Assembly: GCA_032718475.1 (NCBI GenBank)
Contig: JAUCBJ010000757.1
Coordinates: 1 to 64,000 of the forward strand
Direction of reading: 5' to 3'
Source: Nemertoderma westbladi
Lineage: Eukaryota > Animalia > Xenacoelomorpha
DNA: 64,000 nucleotides
The position numbers and the translations under genes were made by a program. The notes beneath the pieces were generated by a model, which ran no database searches, was not told the DNA's origin, and saw nothing but the letters and a program-made list of their open reading frames with translations. Position 1 is the stretch's first letter, and each line of letters begins with the position of its first letter. Below, in pieces: positions 48,231 through 59,665 of this stretch.

Positions 48231-49535
48231 TGCGATTATTCGCAACATTCAAGTCCCCAAGTTTGTTCCTACAGTTATTGTGTTTGTTATACATACCGCT
48301 ATAGTTAAATTAACCTCGGTACTACACGGGCTGCTTGGCGTAGGTAAAGACTGGTGATTTTGTGCATCGGTCACTCCAGCAGATGCCGTGGTTCTTTTAG
48401 CTGTTCAAGTATATTTAATTACTGATTATCTGTTGTACAAGTACTCGTACCTAATTTAGGGTTTAGTGTACAGTGCTTTCCGAGAATAATTAGTGTAGGC
48501 ATTATATTTGTGTTGTAAAGTGGTTGATAGGCACATTCGATTAGCTCTATTAACTTCTAGGTAGGAACACTCCGTGATACATAACGTAGAACCTATAGCG
48601 ATACGGCTATAGGTCGTCAGGCGGTGGTATTTTCCTATCTAGACAACGCAGTGTATTTACTACTACTTATTATTTCAAATACCGTAGTACTCTGTCCGTT
48701 GTAATAACCGGTTATCTAACCCTTTGTTAGGCTGGTTTGTAGACTTCTTGTAAAATGACCCTAAAAATTCGTATTTGTTTTTGTAAATTTTTGTGTTTAT
48801 TTAGAGATTGTAATCTCACCCGAATTGTACGTAATTTGTAGTATTAAGTAACTTAGGTAAATTAGTATTATTTGTTTTAGTGTCTCATAAGTAACACTTC
48901 ATTGAAAGCGCACCGCTTTGTGTAGTGATTACCCCCAGAAATAATAACATTTATTTCAAACATTGACAAAACCCATTAAAACGGGTATATATATATTATA
49001 AATCAAATCTAACGATTTATAAATAGTAGGCCTACCATACAACCATTAGGTCCCAATATCAGTTGGATTACTGCTCAAATAACGGTAATAAAGTAAGTAA
49101 AGTAACAAAGTAACCCTAAAGTAACAGAAATTCAATTATTTGAAATAATTGATATACCGGTATTTACGATAGGCCTATTATCTTTATTTCTATAAATCTA
49201 GGCTGAAATTATACCGGTACTTGTAATTAATTCTATTTCAGAATTATATATCCTACAAACTGTAAGCTGTATACCGGTATTCCGATAGGCCTATTATATA
49301 TTTATATATATTTGTGCTAAAATTATACCGGTATTCTGTGATAAACATAGTCTGTAATAATACTTATAGTGTTATATATACTATAAGCATACCGGTATTC
49401 TAATATATTATATATATATCACGCTACACTGAGTAGCAGTACCGGTAATTAATTACTAGGCTAGCAGTTGATACTGAGTTATTAGACTTACTCAGACTGT
49501 AATACAGCAGTAGACATTCAACGGTATACATAGTC

Positions 49536-52500
49536 ATGTCTGATACTAAGCAGAACCTGTCAGACAGTTTATTAGATGTAACTATCTGCGACTCAGATAG
49601 AGACGTACAACCGTCTGGTCGTAAATCCAGTTCACCTCCCACTGTGAGGAAGGTCATCCCTCCAGTAGTAATAACAGAACCTAGGCTGGTCCAACATCGT
49701 AGGTCTATCATAGGCACCCGAGCTCAGGTCAAGCGGGACCAACAAGCGGCGGAACAGCAACAACCCGCTAGTCAAGAACTTATTCCTCAGCGGCCCAGCA
49801 GCTCCAGTAGTGAGGATACTGTAGAGCTGACACCCGAGAGCGGAGCAGAGATGACGGATGCGGTTTATACGGATCCCCTTCTCATCCTTCCTGCAGCCGT
49901 GCTCGCTGGGTTATTGATCGCGGTGGAAGAACACCAGATCGATTGGGCGAGAAGTCAACGGTCAACTAGAGATAGCTACGCGGGATACACTAGTGAAGAA
50001 CTGAAGTCTATTGTCGAGTCGCAATGGAACTTCCCCGGTCCTGGACTCCCGTTTGATTTATCAGAAGCTGCCTGGGAAGACATACACCGGATGGGAGTAG
50101 CCAAGGAAACCATCGATCCAGCTGTGTGGAAGAGGTCCGCAGCCGGATACGCACAGGGATTCTTCAGCTCTATGGAGCGAGTAGAGAGACAACTGTTTCA
50201 ACAACCTCAAGGACCTCAAGAGCAGGGATCGCTGCTTTATCAAGTTAGAGAAAGAGTTTTGCGGATTAGGCTAATCTTATCCGCCTTTGAAGAGGCTTCT
50301 AAAAGAAGACAAGACACGTCGTTGCAAGTTGCCGTGAAGACTTGGTTTCAACGGGTGAGTCGCCAGGTTCAAGGAGCAGCTCAGTGGAAAGCTCAGTTGG
50401 AGGAGCGCTCAACCCATGGAGAATCAACAGACGCTACTTTTTCCCAAGTAGAAAGTGAAGCGACGGCAGAGAAACCGCATAAGAGGGATGCCATTGACAT
50501 CTATCTGTCAGACTATCAACGTTTTTTAGGTGATGACGAGTTGAGGAGAAGGTTAGAGGGACTTAGCCCTAATAGTGAAGGAACCAAGCTTGTGTTGGAT
50601 GCCATCGATGTGGAAATGAGGGCTGCAAACCAGGCTAAATTCGATGAACAACTCCGCATCGTTAGAGAACAAGAAGAACAAGTAAGGAAAAAACGTATAG
50701 AAGACAGAAAGGCCGCAGCAAAAGCAGAGGCAGAGGCAAAAGCGGCAGCAGCAGAAGCAGCGGCAGAAGCAAAAGCGGCAGTAGCAAAGGCAGAGGCAGA
50801 GGCAAAAGCAGCAGAAGCAAAAGCGGCAGTAGCAAAGGCAGAGGCAGAGGCAAAAGCAGCAGAAGCAGCGGCAGAGGTAAAAGCGGCAGCGGCAGAGGCA
50901 AAAGCGGCAGCAGCAGAAGCAGAACGGAGAGCGGCTGAAGAGATCGCCCAACTGGAGTTGGAAACGCTTCAAGAGAAGCAAGACGACTTCAGTAAACAGT
51001 TAACAGCTAGTAATATGCAGATGATGAATCGATCTACTCCCAAAAGACAGGGATATACATCATCTGAAGAAGGCGATACCACCGATACTGAAGGCAAAGG
51101 AAATAGATCTCGTCAAAGCAGACGTAAAAGAACATTCCACCGGCAGAAATTGCCTGATTTGCCTCCAGCTGTTAGAAGGCAACTAAATAACACCAAAGTA
51201 GGTAGTACAGAGCCCACAGACCAAATAATTAAAATAGAAAGACTCCCTACTATAGTAGATGAGCCTGAAATAATTAGGCCTGTTCTTGAAATCACCCCTT
51301 CGGTGATAGACGCACATGTGCTCCCTGAAACTACCTCTAAATTCCCTCTGCATAGCACTAAGCTACCTGTGCCCCGCAGAACTGCCCAAGAGACAGTTCA
51401 GGTCCTGGACCCCGAGCGAAATATTCACAATTTGTCGCCCGTTGTCCCTCGTCCGCCCGCTACAACGTTGGCGACTCCCGCTTCGGCGGTCGAATGGGTG
51501 GACGAGAGACGGCGGGGGATGGATATCCTGCTCGGGCAGATGCAGGAGACTGTCCAGCAATTCAAGGGCACAGTAAGGGAAAGTAGGCTAGAGTTGCAAG
51601 AAGTGCAGCAAAGTATCGCGCTTGAACGCGATAAATTAGTAAACACCCAAAAGGGTATACCACCACCCTCTGTAACAATGTGTCAACCTGTTAGGTCTGA
51701 AGTATTGCATGCGCAAGGTGTGGAGCCTACACGCATATATACTGCTAGCGAAGTAGAAACTCCTATAGTGAACCCTATTAAGGGTAATTATAGACCTGTT
51801 GATAATGATATTCCCTATAGAACTGATCATAATCCGAGAAATTTATATACCGATAACTCGATATTAAATAGCACAATGGCCCAAGAAAGTTTTACGCGTC
51901 AAATGGCTAGAACCGAAGCCCGGCAAGCGGTAAAGGTTGGAGAGATCGTCAAGTTCAATGGAGATGAGATGAAATGGTTACCTTTTAATGAATATTACAA
52001 AGATAACATACAGAACTCTGTACTATCTAATGGAGAAAAACTTAGATACCTCATCGAGTGCTTGGAAGGATCTCCCAAGTTAATGGCGTTAAAGTTTATT
52101 GGACATCCAGACGGATTAAGACAAGTTTGGGATACACTAAACATCAGGTATGGTAATAGGAATAATATCGCTGGGTACTTGTATGCAAAGTTAGTAGCGC
52201 CCCGAAAGTTTATTAGTAGCGGAATTATCGAGTTTTCCGATGAGATCCAGGAGATCTGCAGACAATTAGATTGGCTAGGTAAGTCTCATGAGTATCAGAA
52301 CACTATGGTTATTAGAGCAGTGGCTTCTACTTTACCGAAGGGTGGAGTAGGTACACGCTGGGATAAGAAAGTGTTATATATGATGGAACAACAACGACGA
52401 GACCCTACCATGGCTGATCTCATGTCATTCTTAGATGGAGAAGTGAAATTACAGCTCCTAAGGCAGTCCAGAGAGAAGACATTGGAAAACAAGGTAAGTG

Positions 52501-54527
52501 AGAAACCCGTTTCTAGGAGAAGGGTAACACCAGTATGTTATACCGACGACGGTGAAAGCCAAACTTCTCAAGGAGAGGACAGCGGGAAAGACACTGACAG
52601 ATCTTATTATGTCAATAAAATGCCTAAAGATCAGGTAAGTAAATCCAAGTCTCGACCCAATGACAGAAGGGAACCGGTACAAAAAACCCCTCCTACGTCT
52701 CCTAAAAGAATTCAGGTGAGAAAGCCCGAGGAAAGAACAAGTGTGCACCACATAGCACAGGTTAAAGTAAGTAACATCAAGCCGAAATGTGTGCTGTGCG
52801 ACGGGCCCCACCGTTTAAATGCGTGTGATAAATTCCTGAGGAAATCACTAAAGGATAGACGTGAAGTCATGTGGGATAAGCGGTTGTGTTATAATTGCCT
52901 CAGACGAGGACACCAACGGCGAACCTGTAACTCCGACGCAAGGTGTGCAAAGTGCGGCGCAAAACATCATATCTTGTTGCACACGGAATTCGAACGAAAC
53001 AGCCCGAGTCAGGTAAGTGAGTCCGAACTACATGTCCAATTCAGTGATGTGAACGACACTGATCAATCTGAGATGGAAGGATTCTATACGGACGAGTTCT
53101 CCGACCAAAACGAATCCTGTTACCTAATAAACACCACCGCAGTGTATCGAGCACTCGTGTATGAGAAAGACACAGACAGCGACCTTACCTTAACTACTTC
53201 CGATCAACAACCATCTTGGAAAGCGCCAACTTCCAATATAGGAATCCGAGAATTTCCTGTAGTCCAGTTACGGGTCCACGGACCTCAGAAGAGCTATATA
53301 GTGAACGCCCTCCTGGACTCCGGTAGCACAGGAACATTCATCGATAAAGAACTAGCCGAAGTCATCTTTGCTGGACAACCCAAGTTCCGAACCAAGCTAA
53401 ACATGTCAGGGATCATGCAGGTTTGGAATTCTACTGTAGCTGCCGACTATTATATAGGTGAGTTGTCCACCCCCCAGGACGAACTAGGAGAACATAGCAT
53501 CAGGTCAGTGAAAATGGTGGCTATAAAGAACTTCGCTACTACTCAAGCAGACCTTTATAATTGGGACGAGGATGAGAGCATCCAACATCTTAACATACCT
53601 CGATTCCAGACTGATTATCCTGGAGTGCAAATACTCATCGGCCAAAACGCGCATGAGGCGCTGGAGACATTAGAGAAACGGCCTGCTCAACCGCAGCCAC
53701 TACAGACCTATGCGGTAAGAACTAGAGTAGGTTGGTACCTTACTGGACCTTCCCGTAGAACGCTCAGGGAAAGACTGCTTCAAGATCGCGTCTGCCAGGT
53801 GAGTGAATGGGAAGATGATACTAGTGAGGGAGACGACCCAACTGAGGGAACACCACACTCCTCAGATAATGACAATCTTAGCTCCAATGTAGATCAATGG
53901 AGATATTGCCCCAAGAAGTTTAATCCAACGGACATCGCTTCCAGAGGAGCAACTCCTCAAGAACTGACAGATACTATAGACCGGTTAGGTGAACCCGACT
54001 TCCTGAGTAAGGAGAATGAATGGCCTCCCCATCTTACTCCGACTGAGATTAGACCAGCCAAGGGAGCGGAGAAAGTCGAACCTGAAACCCGGACGGGTGG
54101 ATCGGAGTTATTTGAACCCGGGATAGATCTGTCGGTATTACATGTTGCCAGGGACGACGCCGTGGATCTGGGCCTCCCCACCGCGAGTGGATCCTTCATG
54201 AAGATCAGAGAGAGCGATTGGAGCTCTGGAACATCAGACGTCTCGCAGGGACTCTCACCTCTCCTGCAGAGAGCGACGGACCACTATAGCTCCTGGAATC
54301 GGCTTTGTGACGCCGTCATATACTTTGAGCGATGTTTCTATCGTCACTATTCCAGGACGAAGAGGAAACCTGGAATTGTATTCAGGATGCAGCGACTCAA
54401 TCACCCAGTCGGTCGTTTGTGTTTATCGGAAGGGAATGGAGGACTCTCCGGAAACTGTGGAAGGCAAGATTCTCTTCCCACGACCACCTCCCTAATCCTT
54501 CAAACATCTAGGGACTCCATAACGTAA
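49536..54527 (+). CDS. BEL/Pao Gag-aspartic protease polyprotein with RT deleted in frame
   Basis: DUF1759-type FNGDEMKW...EKLRYLIECLEG; knuckles CVLCDGPHRLNAC, CYNCLRRGHQRRTC, CAKCGAKHHILLH; protease LLDSGS; TRVGWYLTGP; then a direct jump to the RNase H tail WRYCPKKFNPTDIASRG and YSSWNRL. Confidence 0.92.
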   Translation: MSDTKQNLSDSLLDVTICDSDRDVQPSGRKSSSPPTVRKVIPPVVITEPRLVQHRRSIIGTRAQVKRDQQAAEQQQPASQELIPQRPSSSSSEDTVELTPESGAEMTDAVYTDPLLILPAAVLAGLLIAVEEHQIDWARSQRSTRDSYAGYTSEELKSIVESQWNFPGPGLPFDLSEAAWEDIHRMGVAKETIDPAVWKRSAAGYAQGFFSSMERVERQLFQQPQGPQEQGSLLYQVRERVLRIRLILSAFEEASKRRQDTSLQVAVKTWFQRVSRQVQGAAQWKAQLEERSTHGESTDATFSQVESEATAEKPHKRDAIDIYLSDYQRFLGDDELRRRLEGLSPNSEGTKLVLDAIDVEMRAANQAKFDEQLRIVREQEEQVRKKRIEDRKAAAKAEAEAKAAAAEAAAEAKAAVAKAEAEAKAAEAKAAVAKAEAEAKAAEAAAEVKAAAAEAKAAAAEAERRAAEEIAQLELETLQEKQDDFSKQLTASNMQMMNRSTPKRQGYTSSEEGDTTDTEGKGNRSRQSRRKRTFHRQKLPDLPPAVRRQLNNTKVGSTEPTDQIIKIERLPTIVDEPEIIRPVLEITPSVIDAHVLPETTSKFPLHSTKLPVPRRTAQETVQVLDPERNIHNLSPVVPRPPATTLATPASAVEWVDERRRGMDILLGQMQETVQQFKGTVRESRLELQEVQQSIALERDKLVNTQKGIPPPSVTMCQPVRSEVLHAQGVEPTRIYTASEVETPIVNPIKGNYRPVDNDIPYRTDHNPRNLYTDNSILNSTMAQESFTRQMARTEARQAVKVGEIVKFNGDEMKWLPFNEYYKDNIQNSVLSNGEKLRYLIECLEGSPKLMALKFIGHPDGLRQVWDTLNIRYGNRNNIAGYLYAKLVAPRKFISSGIIEFSDEIQEICRQLDWLGKSHEYQNTMVIRAVASTLPKGGVGTRWDKKVLYMMEQQRRDPTMADLMSFLDGEVKLQLLRQSREKTLENKVSEKPVSRRRVTPVCYTDDGESQTSQGEDSGKDTDRSYYVNKMPKDQVSKSKSRPNDRREPVQKTPPTSPKRIQVRKPEERTSVHHIAQVKVSNIKPKCVLCDGPHRLNACDKFLRKSLKDRREVMWDKRLCYNCLRRGHQRRTCNSDARCAKCGAKHHILLHTEFERNSPSQVSESELHVQFSDVNDTDQSEMEGFYTDEFSDQNESCYLINTTAVYRALVYEKDTDSDLTLTTSDQQPSWKAPTSNIGIREFPVVQLRVHGPQKSYIVNALLDSGSTGTFIDKELAEVIFAGQPKFRTKLNMSGIMQVWNSTVAADYYIGELSTPQDELGEHSIRSVKMVAIKNFATTQADLYNWDEDESIQHLNIPRFQTDYPGVQILIGQNAHEALETLEKRPAQPQPLQTYAVRTRVGWYLTGPSRRTLRERLLQDRVCQVSEWEDDTSEGDDPTEGTPHSSDNDNLSSNVDQWRYCPKKFNPTDIASRGATPQELTDTIDRLGEPDFLSKENEWPPHLTPTEIRPAKGAEKVEPETRTGGSELFEPGIDLSVLHVARDDAVDLGLPTASGSFMKIRESDWSSGTSDVSQGLSPLLQRATDHYSSWNRLCDAVIYFERCFYRHYSRTKRKPGIVFRMQRLNHPVGRLCLSEGNGGLSGNCGRQDSLPTTTSLILQTSRDSIT

Positions 54528-57500
54528 CAACATATGGAGTGGGTGTGTGACTCTATTATTTTATATTATTTTATTATTTTTATATTTATGTATGTATTAC
54601 TATGTAATTTTATTATAATCGTTTTCTTTAATTTTATTCAGTAGAATGTTATTTTAGCGATTATTTAGTAGATTAGTGCAATATATATTCGCGTTTATTA
54701 CTTAATTACGTATATATTATATTTAATGCGACGGCAAGAAATAATTCTTTTTCTCTTTCCTTACTGTCCGTATTATATTATAAATACGTAACTACAGTAA
54801 GATGAAATGTCCGTACTTATTAAAGTACAATAAAGCCACTACTATATTTAAGTATTATTGGTAGGCAGAGTATTAGGAATGCAAAGTTCAGATCCTCGTG
54901 TCTCGGCTAAACCAAGCTCTGGGTAGACCTTGGAAACGACTTGCCTCTTCACACTGACATTGCTTCGTGCGATATTGCTCTCATACCGTATATTAAATAA
55001 TACATATAGTAGCGTGATGTCCCTTTAACAGTAGCGTATAACGCAAAATAAATCTGTTAAACCCTTTGACCATCTGTAATTCTAGTCGATTAAGATATCG
55101 CGGCACCCACCGATATACTTGAAAGACAAATTCTAGAATCAGTGGTTAACGTCCCCAGACAAGTTCTGGAATAAATCGGTGCCCATCTCAAATATTAATT
55201 ATTTAATATTTGCAAATCTAATAAGTCAAAATCTGTAAAATTCAGATCCTTCAACAATTCTAGTCAATTAAGATATCGTAGCATTTACCGATATTCTTAA
55301 AGAGACAATTTTCTTAGAATTAAGGATCTTGTGTCCCTAGACATGTTCTAGAATCAAAATATGTCCATTTAATTATCAAATAATAAAATTTCAGGGAATA
55401 AATTTAAATTCATGCCTTTTAATGAATTTAATAAATTGCCATTTTACGCAATTTATAAAGTTCCCAAAATTCCATTAATTAATAGATCAAGGGAGCGGAG
55501 ATTTATATTATTATGCGTATGCGTGTACGAAAGTCTCCCAAACATAGTTAATAGCCGATAAAATTCTTAAAGTCATGTATAAACAGGACATTGACTATTA
55601 AAGAATTCCTATTAAATAACATCCCAGATCTGTATGCATTGGAATTACTCTAATTCTACCGCTAGCTTTGCATAATGTCACCATAGCAACAACCACGCTA
55701 GAATTAGAATTGAGTTAAAAGAACAATAGAAAGCTTGTCCCATTGAATAGCATAGGGAATAAATAGCGCACTGCTAGTATCCAAGGATACATAATAATAC
55801 AGTGACATTCTGGAAGGCATTGACTAACGGACAAATGGCCCGAATGTGTGTAATTTGTGATAAGTTGTGTGTGTGGTATTTGTGAGTTTATAGGTGAATG
55901 TTACTGCTAAGGTGTGTTTACAGTAGCTAGTCGCAATCGTAAAAGTAACCTAACTCTCCAAGGAAACCTGAAGTACATCTAAGCCTTTGGGACGGACAGT
56001 TGAGTGACTTGTGCCGGTTGTCGTTGTCGTTGTGCGGCTACGTCGTTGGCGAAAGCACAGCGGCGACGACACATCGGCGCTGAGGATCTCGTACTGTCCG
56101 GGGGTTGATTGGGTAGGCAGCGACGCCCGCTCGCCTAAATATAAACTCATTATAATATGGATAAACTCATATATAGCAGATATGACGGAGTTGATAGAAG
56201 ATGGTCTTAGTATCGGGGAGCGATATACTCTACCTTTACAAGCGTTTGTCGATAGCTTGATATGCGGCGACGCTGATCCAACTACTACGGAGGACGGTGG
56301 TCGTTATATCGAACCGCCAATGTCCCAAGAGCAACTTACGCGTGAATTGGATTATAGAAAGTTCACTGCTCGCTACACGCATCGTAATGGTACGTATATG
56401 GACTTCTTGACCACTGGTCATCCTATCGATTTACATAATACGGACTATGTCGACTATATATCCTGCCCAGCGGAGTCGGAACCATAAACTGAAATTCGAA
56501 TGCGAAAATTCTATTCGAAATCGACTCGAAAGAAAAGACACTAAGAAACAAATGGACGCGGTAACTCCAACGTATATTTGGAATTCTTGATAGAAGCATT
56601 GTAACAACAAATAAATATCACCCGCGTTTACCCTACCAGACGTGCGTCTTTGGTATTATTACGATAAATGCCCTAGACCCAACTAATAAACGGAAAGACA
56701 TAAACATCCACGTAAACCGAAACTTGTTGACGTATCACCTATGCTCACTCGGCTCGAACGATCCTGGAGTAAACCTACGATCAGAGTCCCGGAATACTCG
56801 GTCAAACCTCCTCATTCCTTAGTTGGACCTCAGACCTGCGATCCTGGTGGTGTCGCGGATCCTCGTGGACTGTATTCACTGTTCAAAGATCTAGTGCTAC
56901 CCTAACAATTAATCGGTAACACTCCGACAGTGATTTCTAGCTAGCCGCCCATCTTACCTAGCCGGATTGTGATGCGGACACCTAATATCACTATCCTACC
57001 GTATGGTCGTCCCCGTTTAACGCGATACAACCCTTCATCAAGGTGAAGGAGAGTTTTGTACGAAACGAGTTAAACGTGATTCTATAAAGATCAAAAAGGA
57101 AACCTGCGTTTGTTCAGATAAACGTAAGTTATAACAGTAAGTCCAATCGATAAACGAATTGGCCTTATCTCGGTTCGATTGGGAAATCTCGAATCTCTAA
57201 GAAGATATCAAGCTTAGAAAACCCTATTCTCTGCGAGAGTTTTGGACGAACATATCCCATGACAAGCGGAGGAAAATCAGCTCGAGGAGAAGCATATCGA
57301 AATGGACGAGACACCGACAGTAAACCCAAACCTTCTAATGCAATCATATTGCACCCTTCACCCAGGAGTTATGGCCCTCCTAGTAAAGTGGTTCCCCCCA
57401 AAGAGAAAAGGACTCTTGCTAGCTTTAAAAAACTGCGTAAACGCCGTCCGCGCGAGAAAGACTAACTGTTTAGAGTATCTTTAGGTTTTAGAAACTGTGA

Positions 57501-57543
57501 TTTTTATATTTTATAGACTGAAAATCCCATTTTCTGGGAGCGG

Positions 57544-58782
57544 TGTAAAAGCCTTTGCTGAATTGCCCCGTTATTTTTATTATCTTTTACATTAAAATAC
57601 TCTGTAGTTGATTTAATAAGTGTAAGAGACCGTATTATTGCTGTATCGGTGTTTTTAGAGGATCTAAGACCTATTTCCTCCGTATGTGTACTGTGAAAGG
57701 CATATTTTATGATTCTATGGCAATTCGTGACGCAAAGGGGTGATAGCTACTCTTGAACAGTAGTTACTATGACTACGGTTAACAGCTGACATTCATACGT
57801 GTTGATTTCCTTTGTTCTACGGCGTCTCTCAGTTCAGTCAGCCAATTAGAGCGTTTTTGTGGCTCCTTGTACAGAAAATTTCCGAGAAATGACGCAATGC
57901 CTATGTGCAGTGTTTACATTCAGTCCTGAGCCAAAGAAAGAACGGCTTGGAAGTATTTTGTGCTTTACTGTTTTTAGTCTTACACTAGTAGGTTTAATTA
58001 CAAGGACATATATCCTTTAACTACCTGACTCATGGAATCACCTGCTAACTGATCATACATACTGACTGCTGAAACATTGCAAACTCATAACAATCAGTGT
58101 TTTCATTGTTGTTTTATACTGCTATTTACCGTCAGTTCTTCATAATATGGTTGATGAATAATTATATTTGGAATAACGATAAATAACCCCGAAACCCAAT
58201 ATTCTTGATATACCGAAGGTAAGAGAGAAGGGTTACAGATAAACGATTGTGACTTATGTTAAAGTGGTTTGAAGTGAATCTAATGTTATTTGATAGACCC
58301 TACATGAGTCAGTCTGTGTTCCTTTTATATGTGACTAAAATCAGTGAAGATTGGCAGATTAGTGTGCAGTATTGTGCAGCATTGTGTATGAGTGAGTCTG
58401 TTAAAGAAGCAATTCCTAAAGAATGCGCCATATATGTGAATTATAATTAAGCCATATCGTTGTGAGTAGTTTAAGTCATAACTCTGTTTATATAGATAAA
58501 GCGCCACGTCCTAAAGGAACTGTTAATATTACCGAAGGTGAATAACATTGTCAGAGATTATATAGTACTGTCAGTCGAATAATACATTAGGCTTACATAG
58601 CAATAAAATTAAACCGTCGAACCCAATCTCCCGGGAATATCCAGCGGGTGAATGATCGCGCACAGATTGGTTTCGACTAGTGTAGTGAATCAAATACTTG
58701 TCATAGACTAAAAACAGATTTAATATCTAGAAGACATCTTAATTTGGTGGGTTAAACTGCCAAAGGTCTGAAAGCGCGAACA
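57544..58782 (+). repeat. 3' LTR (1239 bp)
   Basis: Direct repeat of 46088-47325 with scattered substitutions and small indels. Confidence 0.95.
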
Positions 58783-59439
58783 TACTGGTACGCCTACCAT
58801 TATCGGTGCCAGCTCCGGTACAGGTACAGGTAGTGGTTCAGATGGGGTTTGTTGCGTGACATTCAAATCCCCACAAGTAGAAGCAGATTCGCTTGCAGGA
58901 GCAGTACTACTACCGCTGGTAGTGTCGGATGCTGCTCTTGTCCGCTGACGCAATGGATAGGTTTTTCTAACGGCATCCATGGTGAAATCCTCTTACTGAT
59001 ACCGGTACCTAATATCTTTCACCTTTACAGTAGGTATCTGTGTCGTGTGTACCGGTACTGATCTTGTCACAAAATCACAAACCCTAGTGAAACCCCACTG
59101 CCGTAGTCTACCATTATTTTGGCCAGGTTAGTGGTGTGTAGGGCAGTACTGCAGTCCACATTGCCTGAATGAATATTATAAATTACCTATTTAAAATTAC
59201 CACTCTCGAAAATATTTTAAACTACGTTACTAAAAACAATTTATTGATTGGTGGACTATTGCTGGTATTAGGGCGGGTCGGATCCTAACGGATCAGAGCG
59301 GATCCGATCGGATAGAAACCCACAAAATATACTAAGCTACCAAGGCGAGTCTGGGATACTTACTACGGTATAGCAGACTGAGCCTACCTGCAATAAACTT
59401 AATTTCACTTACCTACCACTTCACTAATACTGTGCGTAA

Positions 59440-59665
59440 CACTATCTAGCCATAGCGGTCATTTTTGACCCCTATGGGGCTTTTCGGATATTTCAATTTT
59501 TTGAGAGAACGAAATGAAATTTTTTATTTTCTTTTTCATTTTTGATTACCTAAGGATAAACCCGGAAAAGTCAAGAAATTTCATATTTATACAATACATA
59601 GCAGCAGAGATAATTCGATTTGAATTTGCAAAACGGTCAAAAATGACCGCTTGGGGCTTCTAGTG
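59440..59665. mobile_element. piggyBac-like MITE
   Basis: Termini CACTA.../...TAGTG; inverted AGCGGTCATTTTTGACC / GGTCAAAAATGACCGCT; flanks GTAA (left) and TTAA (right). Confidence 0.65.

Larger units (their letters stand above)
46088..58782 (+). mobile_element. BEL/Pao LTR retrotransposon, non-autonomous (Gag-protease only), 12.7 kb
   Basis: Two highly similar TG...CA LTRs; purine-rich GGGAGCGG before the 3' LTR; BEL-type triple zinc knuckle and protease; no RT or integrase catalytic motifs found. Confidence 0.93.
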
